Below, in pieces: positions 27,833 through 37,489 of a stretch of DNA of 64,000 nt. The position numbers were made by a program, and so were the translations under genes. Where the stretch lies: contig CAWJET010000001.1 of assembly GCA_963842085.1 (NCBI GenBank), positions 640,001 to 704,000 of the forward strand, read 5' to 3'. This DNA comes from an uncultured delta proteobacterium (lineage in GTDB: Bacteria > Desulfobacterota > Binatia > Binatales > Binataceae). The notes beneath the pieces were generated by a model. The model saw only the letters and a program-made list of their open reading frames with translations. It ran no database searches and had not been told where the DNA came from. Numbering within the stretch: position 1 is the stretch's first letter; each line of letters starts with the position of its first letter.

Positions 27833-29137
27833 CTATTGCAGCGCCGCACCGTCCGCAGACGAGCGCGCCGCTTGCATACTGCTGGTGGCGGTGAACTTGC
27901 CGGTCTTGGGATTGAACAACTCCGCCGTGCCGAGCGTGTTGCCCGAGTTGTCGATCCCGCCGGCGATCAGTACATAGCCCTTCTTGTGGCCCGAGGTAAT
28001 CAGCACTGCCGTATGAAGAGCGCGAGGCGTGGTCATGGCGCCGACCGGCGTGAAAGTTCCCGCAACCGCATTATACACCTCGGCGGTCGATAGCACGGTT
28101 CCGGTGGTGTCTTCGCCGCCGGCGATGAGGATGTCCCCGGAACGAAGCTGAGTCGCGGTATGCAGGTAGCGGGCATGGGTCATGCTGCCAGTCGCAGCAA
28201 AGTTGCCGGCCGTCGGACTGTAGAGTTCGGCCGTCTGCAGCACTACGCCCGAAGCGTCGAGGCCGCCGGCAATCAGGACGTCGCCCGCATTGGGCCCGGT
28301 TACGAGCAGGGTGGCGGTGTGGTTTTCGCGGCTGTCGGTCATCGTGTTGTTGCAAAAACCCGTCATCGCGTTCAACCCGCCAAGACCCGTGCAGCCGAAG
28401 GTTCCCGCGACGGGGTCGAAAAGCTCTGCCGTATTGACGATCGAACCATCGAAGCCGCCCGCGATCAGCACACGGCCATCGTTTAACAGCGTTCCGGTGT
28501 CGTGGAAGCGGGCATCGGTCAGCGTGCTCAGGCAGTAGCCGGTGGTCGGATCGGTTCCGCCAAGCCCTGAGCACTCGAATTTGCCGCTAGCCGGATTGTA
28601 CATGTCCGCGGTATTGACGATGTTTCCCGTTTGATCTTCTCCGCCCGTGATTAGAACCTCGCCATTCTGCAGCACGGTGGTAGTGTGCGCGAAACAATGG
28701 GCGTCAGTCATGCTACCGGTTGCGGAAAACGTACCAGTTGCTGGCGAGTAGACCTCCGCAGAGTTGAGGCATGTCACGCCGACCGCGTTGCCACCCGCAA
28801 CCAGCAGACCGCCGCCCGGCAGCGCCGCCACCGACGCGTAGAAGCGAGCCTGCGCCAAGGTGTTGTTGCATGCCCCGGTCGCGGGATTTGCGCCTCCAAG
28901 GTAGTTGCAGGTGAAGGTCCCCTTCTTAAAGTAGTAGAACTCCGCAGTGGCCATCGGGCCGTTGAACTGATCGGCGCCTCCAACAAGCAGCACGCCGTTG
29001 CTCGAACCGCCACTCAAGGGATGCTTTCGGGCCAGGGCCGCAGGGACTGCTGAAAGGAGCCCAAAAAACAAAAGCGGCAACAACCACATGGCCGGTGAGA
29101 AATTGCGCTTACTTCGCTGCGATGCTCTGGTCATCAT
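27833..29137 (-). CDS. Secreted Kelch-repeat beta-propeller protein
   Basis: Signal peptide; repeated R..HTA.LL..G.VLIAGG...AELY.P..G.F. Confidence 0.9.
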   Translation of the reverse strand: MMTRASQRSKRNFSPAMWLLPLLFFGLLSAVPAALARKHPLSGGSSNGVLLVGGADQFNGPMATAEFYYFKKGTFTCNYLGGANPATGACNNTLAQARFYASVAALPGGGLLVAGGNAVGVTCLNSAEVYSPATGTFSATGSMTDAHCFAHTTTVLQNGEVLITGGEDQTGNIVNTADMYNPASGKFECSGLGGTDPTTGYCLSTLTDARFHDTGTLLNDGRVLIAGGFDGSIVNTAELFDPVAGTFGCTGLGGLNAMTGFCNNTMTDSRENHTATLLVTGPNAGDVLIAGGLDASGVVLQTAELYSPTAGNFAATGSMTHARYLHTATQLRSGDILIAGGEDTTGTVLSTAEVYNAVAGTFTPVGAMTTPRALHTAVLITSGHKKGYVLIAGGIDNSGNTLGTAELFNPKTGKFTATSSMQAARSSADGAALQ

Positions 29138-30363
29138 CGCGTCGCGGCCACGGTCTTCAGCCGCGCCCCGCCCTCATCGCTGATTTCCTTATGATTGGTT
29201 TGCCGATGGCTCGCCGGGCCGTAAACGGCTTGTATCTCGCGCCATAGCGCGAGCTGGTCGGAGGTACCGTTCAGTTCATGCGCTGATACCATCAGCGTGC
29301 CGGTCGAAAACGGCGGCAGGCTCCACCAGTCGCTGTGTTGCGCGGTCATCAGGGGGATAAAAGCGCGAGCGGAGTCGGCGGTGAACTCCGCATGGCAGGT
29401 AAATTGATTCAGTGACCCCTGCGCGCCACACGAGTACGGCAAGTTTTCGGCGACTTTCCAGTCATGGAATCGTTCCGTAAGCCCCACCGGAGTTCCCGTC
29501 GTATTGCCCGCGACGCCGACAATATAGGGGGCCATGTGACAATCGAGACACGTCACACCCGCATCGAACATCACCTGAAAGATCGCATTCGTATTCTCCG
29601 GCGTGCTGTGCGGATTCACTTCGTGACAGTTCAGGCAGAATTTGCTTTCCTGACCCGGGAGGATAGGAATCCACGAGGTTGCCAAGCTCGGATTCGAGCC
29701 ACGGATGAGCGTAGCCGTTTCGCCGCCCGATATCGCAGTTGGATACATCGTCAAGATCTCCGCTGCGATAGTGTTGCTCGGATGGCACGAGCTGCACGTC
29801 ACGCCCTGAAAGCTCGAAACTGTGACCGGGTCGATCACCGAACCGTCTAAGAACATTCCGGGCTCGGTCGCGGCGGCTTGAAGCGGCGAATGGCAGAAGG
29901 CGCAGAAAGTGTTGTCGGTCTCGCCGTACGGCCCGGGAGGTTGCACCCAGCCGTAATTGGTCGCCGTGCTTGACCAGCCGTACTGTGACTGAGCGTGACG
30001 CGAGTCCCACCAGCCATGGCCCGTTCGCTCCCACATGTTGGTGGCGCTGTTAAACTGAAGACCGGCAGCTCGCGCCGTGTGATCGTACCCATCGATAAAG
30101 TGGCAGGAGGTACATGTAACGTTGGAGTAATCATATTCGGGACGGACCAGGTTCTTGCCGGGAGGGATGATCGTCACGCATGAACCCTGAGCAGTCCACC
30201 CGAGGATCAACGCACCGAGGAGCGCAGCGATCCGAACCATTCTCGGGATTGGCAACTGCCCGTAGAGCCCACCAGCCGGACGAGCAATAGCCTCAGGAGG
30301 TAGCTGCTTTCGTCGGCTCGCGGTGGCGGCGTTGATATTCATCATCTTCACTGCGGCACTCAC
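29134..30363 (-). CDS. Multiheme cytochrome c (5 CxxCH + CX10CH)
   Basis: CTSCH, CAFCH, CSSCH, CLNCH, CLDCH and CGAQGSLNQFTCH; start may lie downstream. Confidence 0.88.
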   Translation of the reverse strand: MSAAVKMMNINAATASRRKQLPPEAIARPAGGLYGQLPIPRMVRIAALLGALILGWTAQGSCVTIIPPGKNLVRPEYDYSNVTCTSCHFIDGYDHTARAAGLQFNSATNMWERTGHGWWDSRHAQSQYGWSSTATNYGWVQPPGPYGETDNTFCAFCHSPLQAAATEPGMFLDGSVIDPVTVSSFQGVTCSSCHPSNTIAAEILTMYPTAISGGETATLIRGSNPSLATSWIPILPGQESKFCLNCHEVNPHSTPENTNAIFQVMFDAGVTCLDCHMAPYIVGVAGNTTGTPVGLTERFHDWKVAENLPYSCGAQGSLNQFTCHAEFTADSARAFIPLMTAQHSDWWSLPPFSTGTLMVSAHELNGTSDQLALWREIQAVYGPASHRQTNHKEISDEGGARLKTVAATR

Positions 30364-31439
30364 ATGGCGTCAATCTTCGATATCTCTCGCTCCAGTATCT
30401 TGTAGTCCGCGAGTGTAGGCGCCCCGTGCGCCGCCATTGCGGTCTGTGCCATGCCATTGAACGGCGGCAGGCTCCACCATTCCGTGTGCTGCTCGCGGAT
30501 CATCGGGATGATGTTCTGCGCGTCGGTTACAGTGAATTTTGTAAATCTGTTGTTATGACACCCCGACACTGATCCTATCGCGCCGCAGGAGTATGGAAGA
30601 TCCGCGCCGACATTCCAGTTGTGAAACACTTCCTCGAGCACGGGAAGGCCGGTGCCGTCGCCGCCGATGGACTGGTAGGGCGCCATATGGCAGTCGATGC
30701 ACCGGACAGGACCACCGCCAGGACCGTGCGTCGTCGTATACATTGCCTCAAACGCCGAGTTGTCGGTGTTGTGACGCTGCTCATGGCAGTTGAGGCAGAG
30801 CAGGTCTTCCTTCGAAGTGCCATCGCCGTTCACTCCGGCGTCCAGCGTCTGATATGAGGCAGGATTGTTGACGCCCTTCCAGAGATAGATTGCGGTCGCC
30901 CCGCCGTATAGCGCATTCGGATACAACGCGCCGATCTGCGCGGTGATGTTGTCCGGGGGATGACACGTTGCGCAGGTCACGGCCTGGAATCGCTGCTGCG
31001 GAACAGGGCCAGCATTGGCAACAGCCCCATTGTTGAACCCGGCAGTCGCGGAAGCTTGAAGCGGAGAATGGCACTTTGCGCAAAAGGCGTTCTCGGTCGA
31101 GCCATGATCGGACTGCGAGTGTGCTGAGGCGAGCCATCCGTTGCCGGTCAATTGCCAGGTCTGGGTCGGAACATTCCAGATCACGCCGAATGCGCGCGAA
31201 GTGTGGTCAAGGCCGAGTATAAAATGGCACCCGGCGCACGTCTCGCCCTCGCCATAATCGTAGGTGGGCAGCGACATGTTGGTGGGGAGCGTGGGATAGA
31301 GTATGCCGGGCGCGACCGCCGCGGTCGCGGGCGAGGACGAGGTCGAACTATTGACCGGCGACCGCCCGCGCGCCCACGCCGGCGCAGCGAGAAGGAGTAC
31401 TATCAGGACAACCGAGATCAACGAACGCATACGGCCCAC
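30360..31439 (-). CDS. Multiheme cytochrome c (5 CxxCH + CX8CH), paralog of the neighbour
   Basis: Signal peptide ..APAWA; CAGCH, CAKCH, CATCH, CLNCH, CIDCH and CGAIGSVSGCH. Confidence 0.9.
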   Translation of the reverse strand: MGRMRSLISVVLIVLLLAAPAWARGRSPVNSSTSSSPATAAVAPGILYPTLPTNMSLPTYDYGEGETCAGCHFILGLDHTSRAFGVIWNVPTQTWQLTGNGWLASAHSQSDHGSTENAFCAKCHSPLQASATAGFNNGAVANAGPVPQQRFQAVTCATCHPPDNITAQIGALYPNALYGGATAIYLWKGVNNPASYQTLDAGVNGDGTSKEDLLCLNCHEQRHNTDNSAFEAMYTTTHGPGGGPVRCIDCHMAPYQSIGGDGTGLPVLEEVFHNWNVGADLPYSCGAIGSVSGCHNNRFTKFTVTDAQNIIPMIREQHTEWWSLPPFNGMAQTAMAAHGAPTLADYKILEREISKIDAM

Positions 31440-31553
31440 CCATCCGTGGTCAGGTTCTCTGTATCATGGGTTCTCCTGGAATGGCAAATTGTTTCATTCG
31501 CCGCCGGTTCCAGGGCTCCCTTCATGATCTGCTCCGTCTGCGCCTGCTCGTAC

Positions 31554-31997
31554 TCACGAACCCAGATGCTTCACGTAGTCCACCAAGGCCTTGGTCTGAT
31601 CGGCGGTAAGGTTGGAAAATGCCGGCATTATCGCTGACTCGCCAACTGCTGCCCCTCCGCCTGTTATCGACTTGGCAATCCAGTCATCGCTCTTGCCTTT
31701 CAGCGAGACCGAAAAATCCGAAGGTTTCGGTTTCAAATACTGGCCTGCGGGTCCGTCTCCTTTGCCCTTAGCGCCGTGACACGAAGCGCATTGCTGGCTG
31801 TAGGTGTCGGCCGCTCCTTGTGCGTACAAGGGAGTTACGGCGAACAGCAAGATGGCTGCCATCAGCACCGTAGCCGCGGGGGTTGAAATCTTCGTTCGGT
31901 CGCGCTCTGTTCCAGCGTGCTGGCGCTCGAGATGATTGATGACTTTCGCCGGCCTTGTTATGCGACTGGAACTGACTAACCGCGTATGGTGCTTCAT
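31554..31997 (-). CDS. Monoheme cytochrome c (MtoD-like position)
   Basis: CASCHG.KG.GDGP...GESAIMP; directly after the mtrB-like gene. Confidence 0.9.
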   Translation of the reverse strand: MKHHTRLVSSSRITRPAKVINHLERQHAGTERDRTKISTPAATVLMAAILLFAVTPLYAQGAADTYSQQCASCHGAKGKGDGPAGQYLKPKPSDFSVSLKGKSDDWIAKSITGGGAAVGESAIMPAFSNLTADQTKALVDYVKHLGS

Positions 31998-32024
31998 GGT
32001 CTCTTCGATTCCTCCTGTGTCGGG

Positions 32025-34352
32025 TTAGAACTTGTATTGCAAACTCATATAAGCGGTGTTTCCGGTGAAAGGTGTCCAGTTGGAGTTGCCCAGGAACACC
32101 GACTGAGGCGACGCCGCCATCCAGGGTGTCAACCGGTCGTAGCCGAAGTCATTCTCGCCAAAGTTGCTGAAAAGGTAGCCGATGGTCAGCGCCATGTTCT
32201 TACGGAAAGGATAGCGGTAGGTGACAATCAACTCGTGGAAGCGCGAACCGACGTCCGGGAAACTCGTCGCTGGGCCAAGGGCGGCATCGCCATTTGCGTG
32301 CGTTGCGTCATTCGTAACCGTGTAGTTGTACTGCGCTTGTATGGTCGAGGCGTTCGGTAGCACCTGGTTGGCGGGTATCGTGGCGTTAAAACCAACGTCA
32401 ATTGAATTGCCCTGCTCACGACCGTAGCTAGTCCAAGTCTGACCAGGGCAAGTTGCGGGAGTTTGATGCTCGGGAACGGACGGACACTTTGGCTCACCCA
32501 CGCCGCCCGGCTGGCGCTGGAAGGAGTTGAGATTCCAGTCCGTGGCGGTCCACGACCAGTCAGCATGCAGGTTTAGTCCCGCGAGCGGGGTCCAATTCAT
32601 GCCGACGGAGGGGGTGTAGTCGGACCAGTGCTGCAGACCGAAGTCCGAGGACGGATATGAGTAATCGTCGTAGTCCATCTCGGCATAGAGCGTCAGCGGT
32701 TTGAGCCACGGATTTTCTTCCAGCCAGGGGTTGCCTTCCCCGGCTTGAAAGGGCTGGGCGTCCGAATACAGCGAGAACTGATTGACGTGCACTGAGGCCT
32801 CGTCGAAGCGGGTCAATTGACTGAACTCGGTTAAGCCGCCGTTCTGATTAACCAGACTCGTGCGATTGTTGTTATAGCCGGGAGAGTCACGGTCGGCATA
32901 CTGGTACGAACCCCGCAACTCAAGCCATTCGTAGGGAGTCCAATCCAGCACCGGACCATACGAGGTCGTGTCTTGCTGCAGCACCATCATGCCGCCGTTG
33001 TGATTAGTCTGAATGTTGCCGACCAGACTGGCCACCATCGTCTCGGTTATGTTGTAGCTCGCTTCGCCCTGGATGTTCTGTGTGGAAAAAGCGAAGGGAT
33101 AAGCGGTGGCGCTCCACAGGCTGGCCGTATCATTCAATGAAAATACGTCCTTGAAGGTCACAGCGGGATCATGGTTGTCGTAGTCGAAGTAGCTGTAGGT
33201 GGCCTTTAGCCGCAGGCGGTCCAGCGGCCGGCTGACGACGCTGAAGTTGGCGAAGAATGGCGACACGTCACCGCCCAAGCTCTGCCGGGGAAGCGCTTGG
33301 GAGGGCAAGGCACCGTTGATCGTGAACGGGATGAAGCCCTGGTTCTGAAGCCACCATCCGTAAGAGACGCTGCCCATGAGGTGCGTGTCCATCGGCAGGT
33401 TGAGACCGGCGGTAGCCTCGAAAGTATGAGCCTCGTTGTCGGGGTAGGTGAAGTCGCGGCCGTTGCAGGGCCCAATGCCAGCGGAGCCCCCACCCGAGTA
33501 AATCGGAGAGTCAACGCAAGAACCGCCGGGGCCAGTCATTTCGCCCCAGGTGTTGGGGTTCTGCCAGGTAAGTGTGCTGTACTGGTTCTTGAAGAATGAG
33601 CCCTGATACTGAAGCCCGAGCAGCCAGGTTCCGTTAGCCCACTGCACGCCGACGCCGTAATTGTAAGTGTCGTACTCGATCGGCCGCGAAAGCTCGGTGA
33701 TATTGTACGCACCGGGGTTAGGACCGAACATTTCGCCATACTGGTTGTTGCCGCTTGGGTTCTGGAAATTGAAGTATGCCGAGTAGGTCCACTGGGGCGT
33801 AGGCGTGTAGCGGATGTTCAGGTTGGCGATCCCCTCCAACAGGCTGAGTGACAGCGGCTGGTCAGTCTTGTTTAGCCAGGAGGCGATGTTCGGACCCACG
33901 GTCGGCGTAGGCGCCGCTGGCTTCGAGGGCAGAGTGAAGTTGCCACCATTTTGCTGGTAAGGGCTCTCGGCAATGTCGTCGCTCAGAAAATGCGGAATTT
34001 CCTGCCACTGCGCATCGACATCCAGCAGGCCGTATTCCCCGAAATGGAGGTCGTACAATTCGTTGGTCTGGCCAACGTTGAGGGCGTGGAAGTCCGCGAA
34101 CGTCCGGCCCTCCTTGTCCTGAAGCAGTAACTTCAGCTCGGGCGATATTATCTGCTGCGCGAGGTCCTGATATTCGCGGAACTTGGCGACGTTGGTGGCC
34201 GGTACATTCTGCAGAAAAGCTCCGACCTCGGCCGAGCCCGTTGCGGTGTAATTGCTGCCGACGTTGACCTGGGCGGCGACGAACCGGGGTGTCAGCGTGA
34301 GCACTGTTAGAGCGATGACGAACGGTCGAAATATGAAACGCGGTAAATTCAT
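32025..34352 (-). CDS. MtrB/PioB/MtoB-family outer-membrane beta-barrel
   Basis: 775 aa, signal peptide, AKFREY.DL, PIEYDT, PDNEAH, terminal LQYKF; follows the decaheme gene. Confidence 0.92.
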   Translation of the reverse strand: MNLPRFIFRPFVIALTVLTLTPRFVAAQVNVGSNYTATGSAEVGAFLQNVPATNVAKFREYQDLAQQIISPELKLLLQDKEGRTFADFHALNVGQTNELYDLHFGEYGLLDVDAQWQEIPHFLSDDIAESPYQQNGGNFTLPSKPAAPTPTVGPNIASWLNKTDQPLSLSLLEGIANLNIRYTPTPQWTYSAYFNFQNPSGNNQYGEMFGPNPGAYNITELSRPIEYDTYNYGVGVQWANGTWLLGLQYQGSFFKNQYSTLTWQNPNTWGEMTGPGGSCVDSPIYSGGGSAGIGPCNGRDFTYPDNEAHTFEATAGLNLPMDTHLMGSVSYGWWLQNQGFIPFTINGALPSQALPRQSLGGDVSPFFANFSVVSRPLDRLRLKATYSYFDYDNHDPAVTFKDVFSLNDTASLWSATAYPFAFSTQNIQGEASYNITETMVASLVGNIQTNHNGGMMVLQQDTTSYGPVLDWTPYEWLELRGSYQYADRDSPGYNNNRTSLVNQNGGLTEFSQLTRFDEASVHVNQFSLYSDAQPFQAGEGNPWLEENPWLKPLTLYAEMDYDDYSYPSSDFGLQHWSDYTPSVGMNWTPLAGLNLHADWSWTATDWNLNSFQRQPGGVGEPKCPSVPEHQTPATCPGQTWTSYGREQGNSIDVGFNATIPANQVLPNASTIQAQYNYTVTNDATHANGDAALGPATSFPDVGSRFHELIVTYRYPFRKNMALTIGYLFSNFGENDFGYDRLTPWMAASPQSVFLGNSNWTPFTGNTAYMSLQYKF

Positions 34353-34385
34353 CGACCTGTTCCTCCTCGTAAACCTTGGCTGCGC

Positions 34386-35465
34386 TCACCGAGTCAAGTC
34401 CACGCCACCGGGTGCATTTGATCCGTGAATCGCCGAATGACAATTGGTGCAAGCCTGGCTGAAGACAAATACCGTGCCCCGGCCAGACGGCGTGCCCGGA
34501 TGGAACGTCCCGATGTGGCACTGCTGGCACAACCGGGGCGGTCGCATCTTAAGCATCGAGCGGTTTATCGCACCGTGCGGGTCATGGCAGTTCAGGCAGT
34601 CCTGCACGACCGGTGGATGCATCCATAGGAACGGGCCGCGCTTCTCGGCGTGACAGGTGTAACAGGTCTCATTGACGGTGGCGCGCACCAGTTGATTAGG
34701 ATAAGGGCCGCCGTGTGGGTTGTGACAGTCGGTGCAGGTCATGAGTCCCTCGAACAGCGGCATGTGCGAGGGCAGCGTCATTTGCATCTTCTGCTTCAGG
34801 TGACAGCGCAAGCAGACCTGGGTCTCCGGGCGAGTGATGATGAAAGGATTCGACTCCATCGCCGACGCGAGCTGAAAGCGGGGACTTATCTGGCGCATAA
34901 TGGTGTGGCAGTCGGTGCAGCGTAAGCCGCGAAAGGCGTGAGTGCTTGCGTGCCAAAAGGCCTGCGCTCCGTTGTTGTGGCAATTCAGGCAGGCCGCGTT
35001 TTGCTGATCTGCCGCTTCCCCGGAATCGGCTCGGAAACTGATTACCCCGCCAGTACTAGGGCCGTGCATCACTTCGTCAGGCTTCTCATTTCGCCCCATA
35101 GCTTGAGCCATCGCGCCGACATAGCGACTGCCGGGTCCATGACAGGATTCGCATCCCCGCCCTTGCGCCTCGTCGCGAGGATGCTCGAGCATGATCTTGC
35201 CCATCATGGTCTGGCTAAATTCGTGTGTTACTCCTTGATGGCAGCTTTCACAGACTTTGTCACCCAGGTAAGTCGCAAGCGGCGCGGATTGGGCTGGAGT
35301 TACGGATTGCCCATTCGGCTGCGGTGAAGGCGCGACCGGCGTACTCGATGCGGCCGGCGGGGAGGCAGACGCCGCGGCGGCGGCGCCGCATCGATAACAG
35401 ACGAACACCACCCCGACCAGGACAAGGATAGCGATTCGCGGAAATCGCTTGAGGAAAGCAGTCAT
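34386..35465 (-). CDS. DmsE/MtrA/MtoA-family decaheme cytochrome c
   Basis: 10 CxxCH motifs; CESCHGPG, CYTCHAEKRGPFLW.HPPV, CHSAIHGSN.P.G. Confidence 0.96.
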   Translation of the reverse strand: MTAFLKRFPRIAILVLVGVVFVCYRCGAAAAASASPPAASSTPVAPSPQPNGQSVTPAQSAPLATYLGDKVCESCHQGVTHEFSQTMMGKIMLEHPRDEAQGRGCESCHGPGSRYVGAMAQAMGRNEKPDEVMHGPSTGGVISFRADSGEAADQQNAACLNCHNNGAQAFWHASTHAFRGLRCTDCHTIMRQISPRFQLASAMESNPFIITRPETQVCLRCHLKQKMQMTLPSHMPLFEGLMTCTDCHNPHGGPYPNQLVRATVNETCYTCHAEKRGPFLWMHPPVVQDCLNCHDPHGAINRSMLKMRPPRLCQQCHIGTFHPGTPSGRGTVFVFSQACTNCHSAIHGSNAPGGVDLTR

Positions 35466-35508
35466 GGATGCGTACGGTCCCCGCGGCAAATTATCAGTAT
35501 TCTTGGTC

Positions 35509-36264
35509 CTACCGCAACTCGCCGCCGAGGGTGCGATGACGGCCTTGGTTGGCATCGTAACGTTGGTCGCCGCGCAGGTCCGCCAGCCTGCTAGAGAGCC
35601 ACGACAGCCACTCGTCCATTCCCTGGTTATCGCGTGCCGAAACCAACAGCAGGCGCGGCTGGGGCATCACCCTGGCGAGAGCGTCCTCGAATGATTGCGT
35701 GTGCACGTCTGGCAGATGCGGCAGCAGGTCGGCCTTGGTCAGCACGACCAGGTCGGCGCTGCGGAACATCACCGGGTACTTAAGCGGCTTGTCCTCGCCT
35801 TCAGTCACCGCCAGCGCGACTACATTCACGCGCTGACCCAGGTCGTAGACAGCCGGACAAACAAGATTGCCGACATTTTCGATGAAGAGTACGTCGCGAT
35901 CCTGCCAAGCGATGTCATGCAGGCCTCGATGCACCATCGCCGCGTCGAGATGGCAGGTTGACCCGGTCGTGATAGTGGCGGCCGGGATGCCGGCCGCGCG
36001 TAGGCGCTCGCCATCGTGGTCGGTGGCGAGATCGCCGCTGAGCGCGGCCAGCTTGACGCCGCGCGGAGCGAGAGCGCGCGCCGTCGCTTCGATGAGCGCT
36101 GTCTTACCTGAGCCCGGCGAGCCCATGAGATTTATCGCGAGCACGCCAGCAGAGGCGAAATGCTCGCGGTTGTGACGCGCTGCACTCTCATTCGCCTTGA
36201 GAATCCGCTCATGAAGGTCCACCGTGACGACTCGTTCGTCACCACAGCCGCAGGTCTGGCACAT
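35509..36264 (-). CDS. hypB: Hydrogenase nickel-insertion GTPase HypB
   Basis: MCQTCGC, GSPGSGKT, CHLDA, ENVGNLVCP, EGEDKPLKYP. Confidence 0.97.
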   Translation of the reverse strand: MCQTCGCGDERVVTVDLHERILKANESAARHNREHFASAGVLAINLMGSPGSGKTALIEATARALAPRGVKLAALSGDLATDHDGERLRAAGIPAATITTGSTCHLDAAMVHRGLHDIAWQDRDVLFIENVGNLVCPAVYDLGQRVNVVALAVTEGEDKPLKYPVMFRSADLVVLTKADLLPHLPDVHTQSFEDALARVMPQPRLLLVSARDNQGMDEWLSWLSSRLADLRGDQRYDANQGRHRTLGGELR

Positions 36265-36605
36265 CAGTTCACCTCCATCTCGATTCTGGTCAGCAGGATT
36301 TCATCCCCCTGGGCCAGGCATGCCGCGCCGCCGCACCCTACGCAGCGAAGCGCTCCATGCCGGGGAAGCTCGCAGCCGCACTGGCTGCACTTCCATACCG
36401 CCAGGACCGGCTCGATGGAAAGTGCTGCCTCTGCGCAAACTGTGCGCTCGCGGAAGATCTCATACGCGGTGGCGAGCAGGTCGCGATCGACGCCCGAAAG
36501 CTCGCCGACGCGCACGCAGACCCGGCGCACGGCGGTTGCGCCACGCGAGCGCGCCGTCGTGTCAACCTGCTCTATCAGCGCGCCTATAACCGAATACTCG
36601 TGCAC
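36264..36605 (-). CDS. hypA: Hydrogenase nickel chaperone HypA
   Basis: MHEYS, VGELSGV, CSQC/CVGC. Confidence 0.96.
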   Translation of the reverse strand: MHEYSVIGALIEQVDTTARSRGATAVRRVCVRVGELSGVDRDLLATAYEIFRERTVCAEAALSIEPVLAVWKCSQCGCELPRHGALRCVGCGGAACLAQGDEILLTRIEMEVN

Positions 36606-36617
36606 CTACAATCCCTC

Positions 36618-37481
36618 TCACGCGCCGTTGAATTTCGGCGTCCGCTTCGCAATAAACGCCGCGAGTCCGTCGGCAAAGTCCGGCCCATTGGCGACTCGCG
36701 TCAGGCTCTCGAGTTCGCCATCGAGATGGCGATCGAGCATGTCCATGCCGCACGCCTGGTTGATGAGGGCCTTGGCCTCTGCCCAGGCGCGCGTGGGTCC
36801 CGCGGCCAGGCGCTCAACCAAGGCGAAGGTTTCAGCCTCGAATGTTTCATTGGGATGTACTGCCGTGACCAGCCCGATTTCCAGAGCGCGTCTCGCATCC
36901 AGCCGCGGGCTAAGGAACACGAGTTCCAGCGCACGCCTGAGTCCGAGCAGGCGCGGGAGCAGGAAGGTCGAGCTTTCGGCGCCGGTCAGCCCGGTCCGGC
37001 CGTAAGCCCATTCGAAGCTGGCGCGCTCGGAAGCGATGACCAGGTCGCACGCCATCGCGATTCCGAAACCGCCGGCCGCTGCAATCCCGTCCACCGCCGC
37101 CACGAACGGCTTTGCTGCCCGCCGGATCTCGGAGATGGTGCTGTGGATATACTCGACAATTTCCTTCAGCACTTCGCCGAAGCCCGCGCTTTGAGTTGTC
37201 GCCTCCGGTTTGAGGTAGTCGAGTTCGCGCTCATTCCCACCCGTTCGCACATATTTGAGATCGGCGCCGCTGCAAAATACGCCGCCCGAGCCGCGAATCA
37301 CCACCGCGCGCACTGACTCATCGCGCGCCAGCCGCAAACCCGCGCGCCGCAGATCCTGAGCGGTCGCAACGTCGAGCGAGTTGAAGTGCTCACGACGGTC
37401 GATGGTGATGACGCCCACGCCTGCGCGTGTGTCACACAGAACGTGTGGCGACGGGCGACGAGTTGGCTCTTTGACTTCCAT
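36618..37481 (-). CDS. Enoyl-CoA hydratase/crotonase-fold protein resembling the HypX C-terminal domain
   Basis: FCSGADL, GIAAAGG..IAMACD, AYGRTGLTGAESSTF.LPR; located between hypE and hypA. Confidence 0.85.
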   Translation of the reverse strand: MEVKEPTRRPSPHVLCDTRAGVGVITIDRREHFNSLDVATAQDLRRAGLRLARDESVRAVVIRGSGGVFCSGADLKYVRTGGNERELDYLKPEATTQSAGFGEVLKEIVEYIHSTISEIRRAAKPFVAAVDGIAAAGGFGIAMACDLVIASERASFEWAYGRTGLTGAESSTFLLPRLLGLRRALELVFLSPRLDARRALEIGLVTAVHPNETFEAETFALVERLAAGPTRAWAEAKALINQACGMDMLDRHLDGELESLTRVANGPDFADGLAAFIAKRTPKFNGA

Positions 37482-37489
37482 GGTACTGC

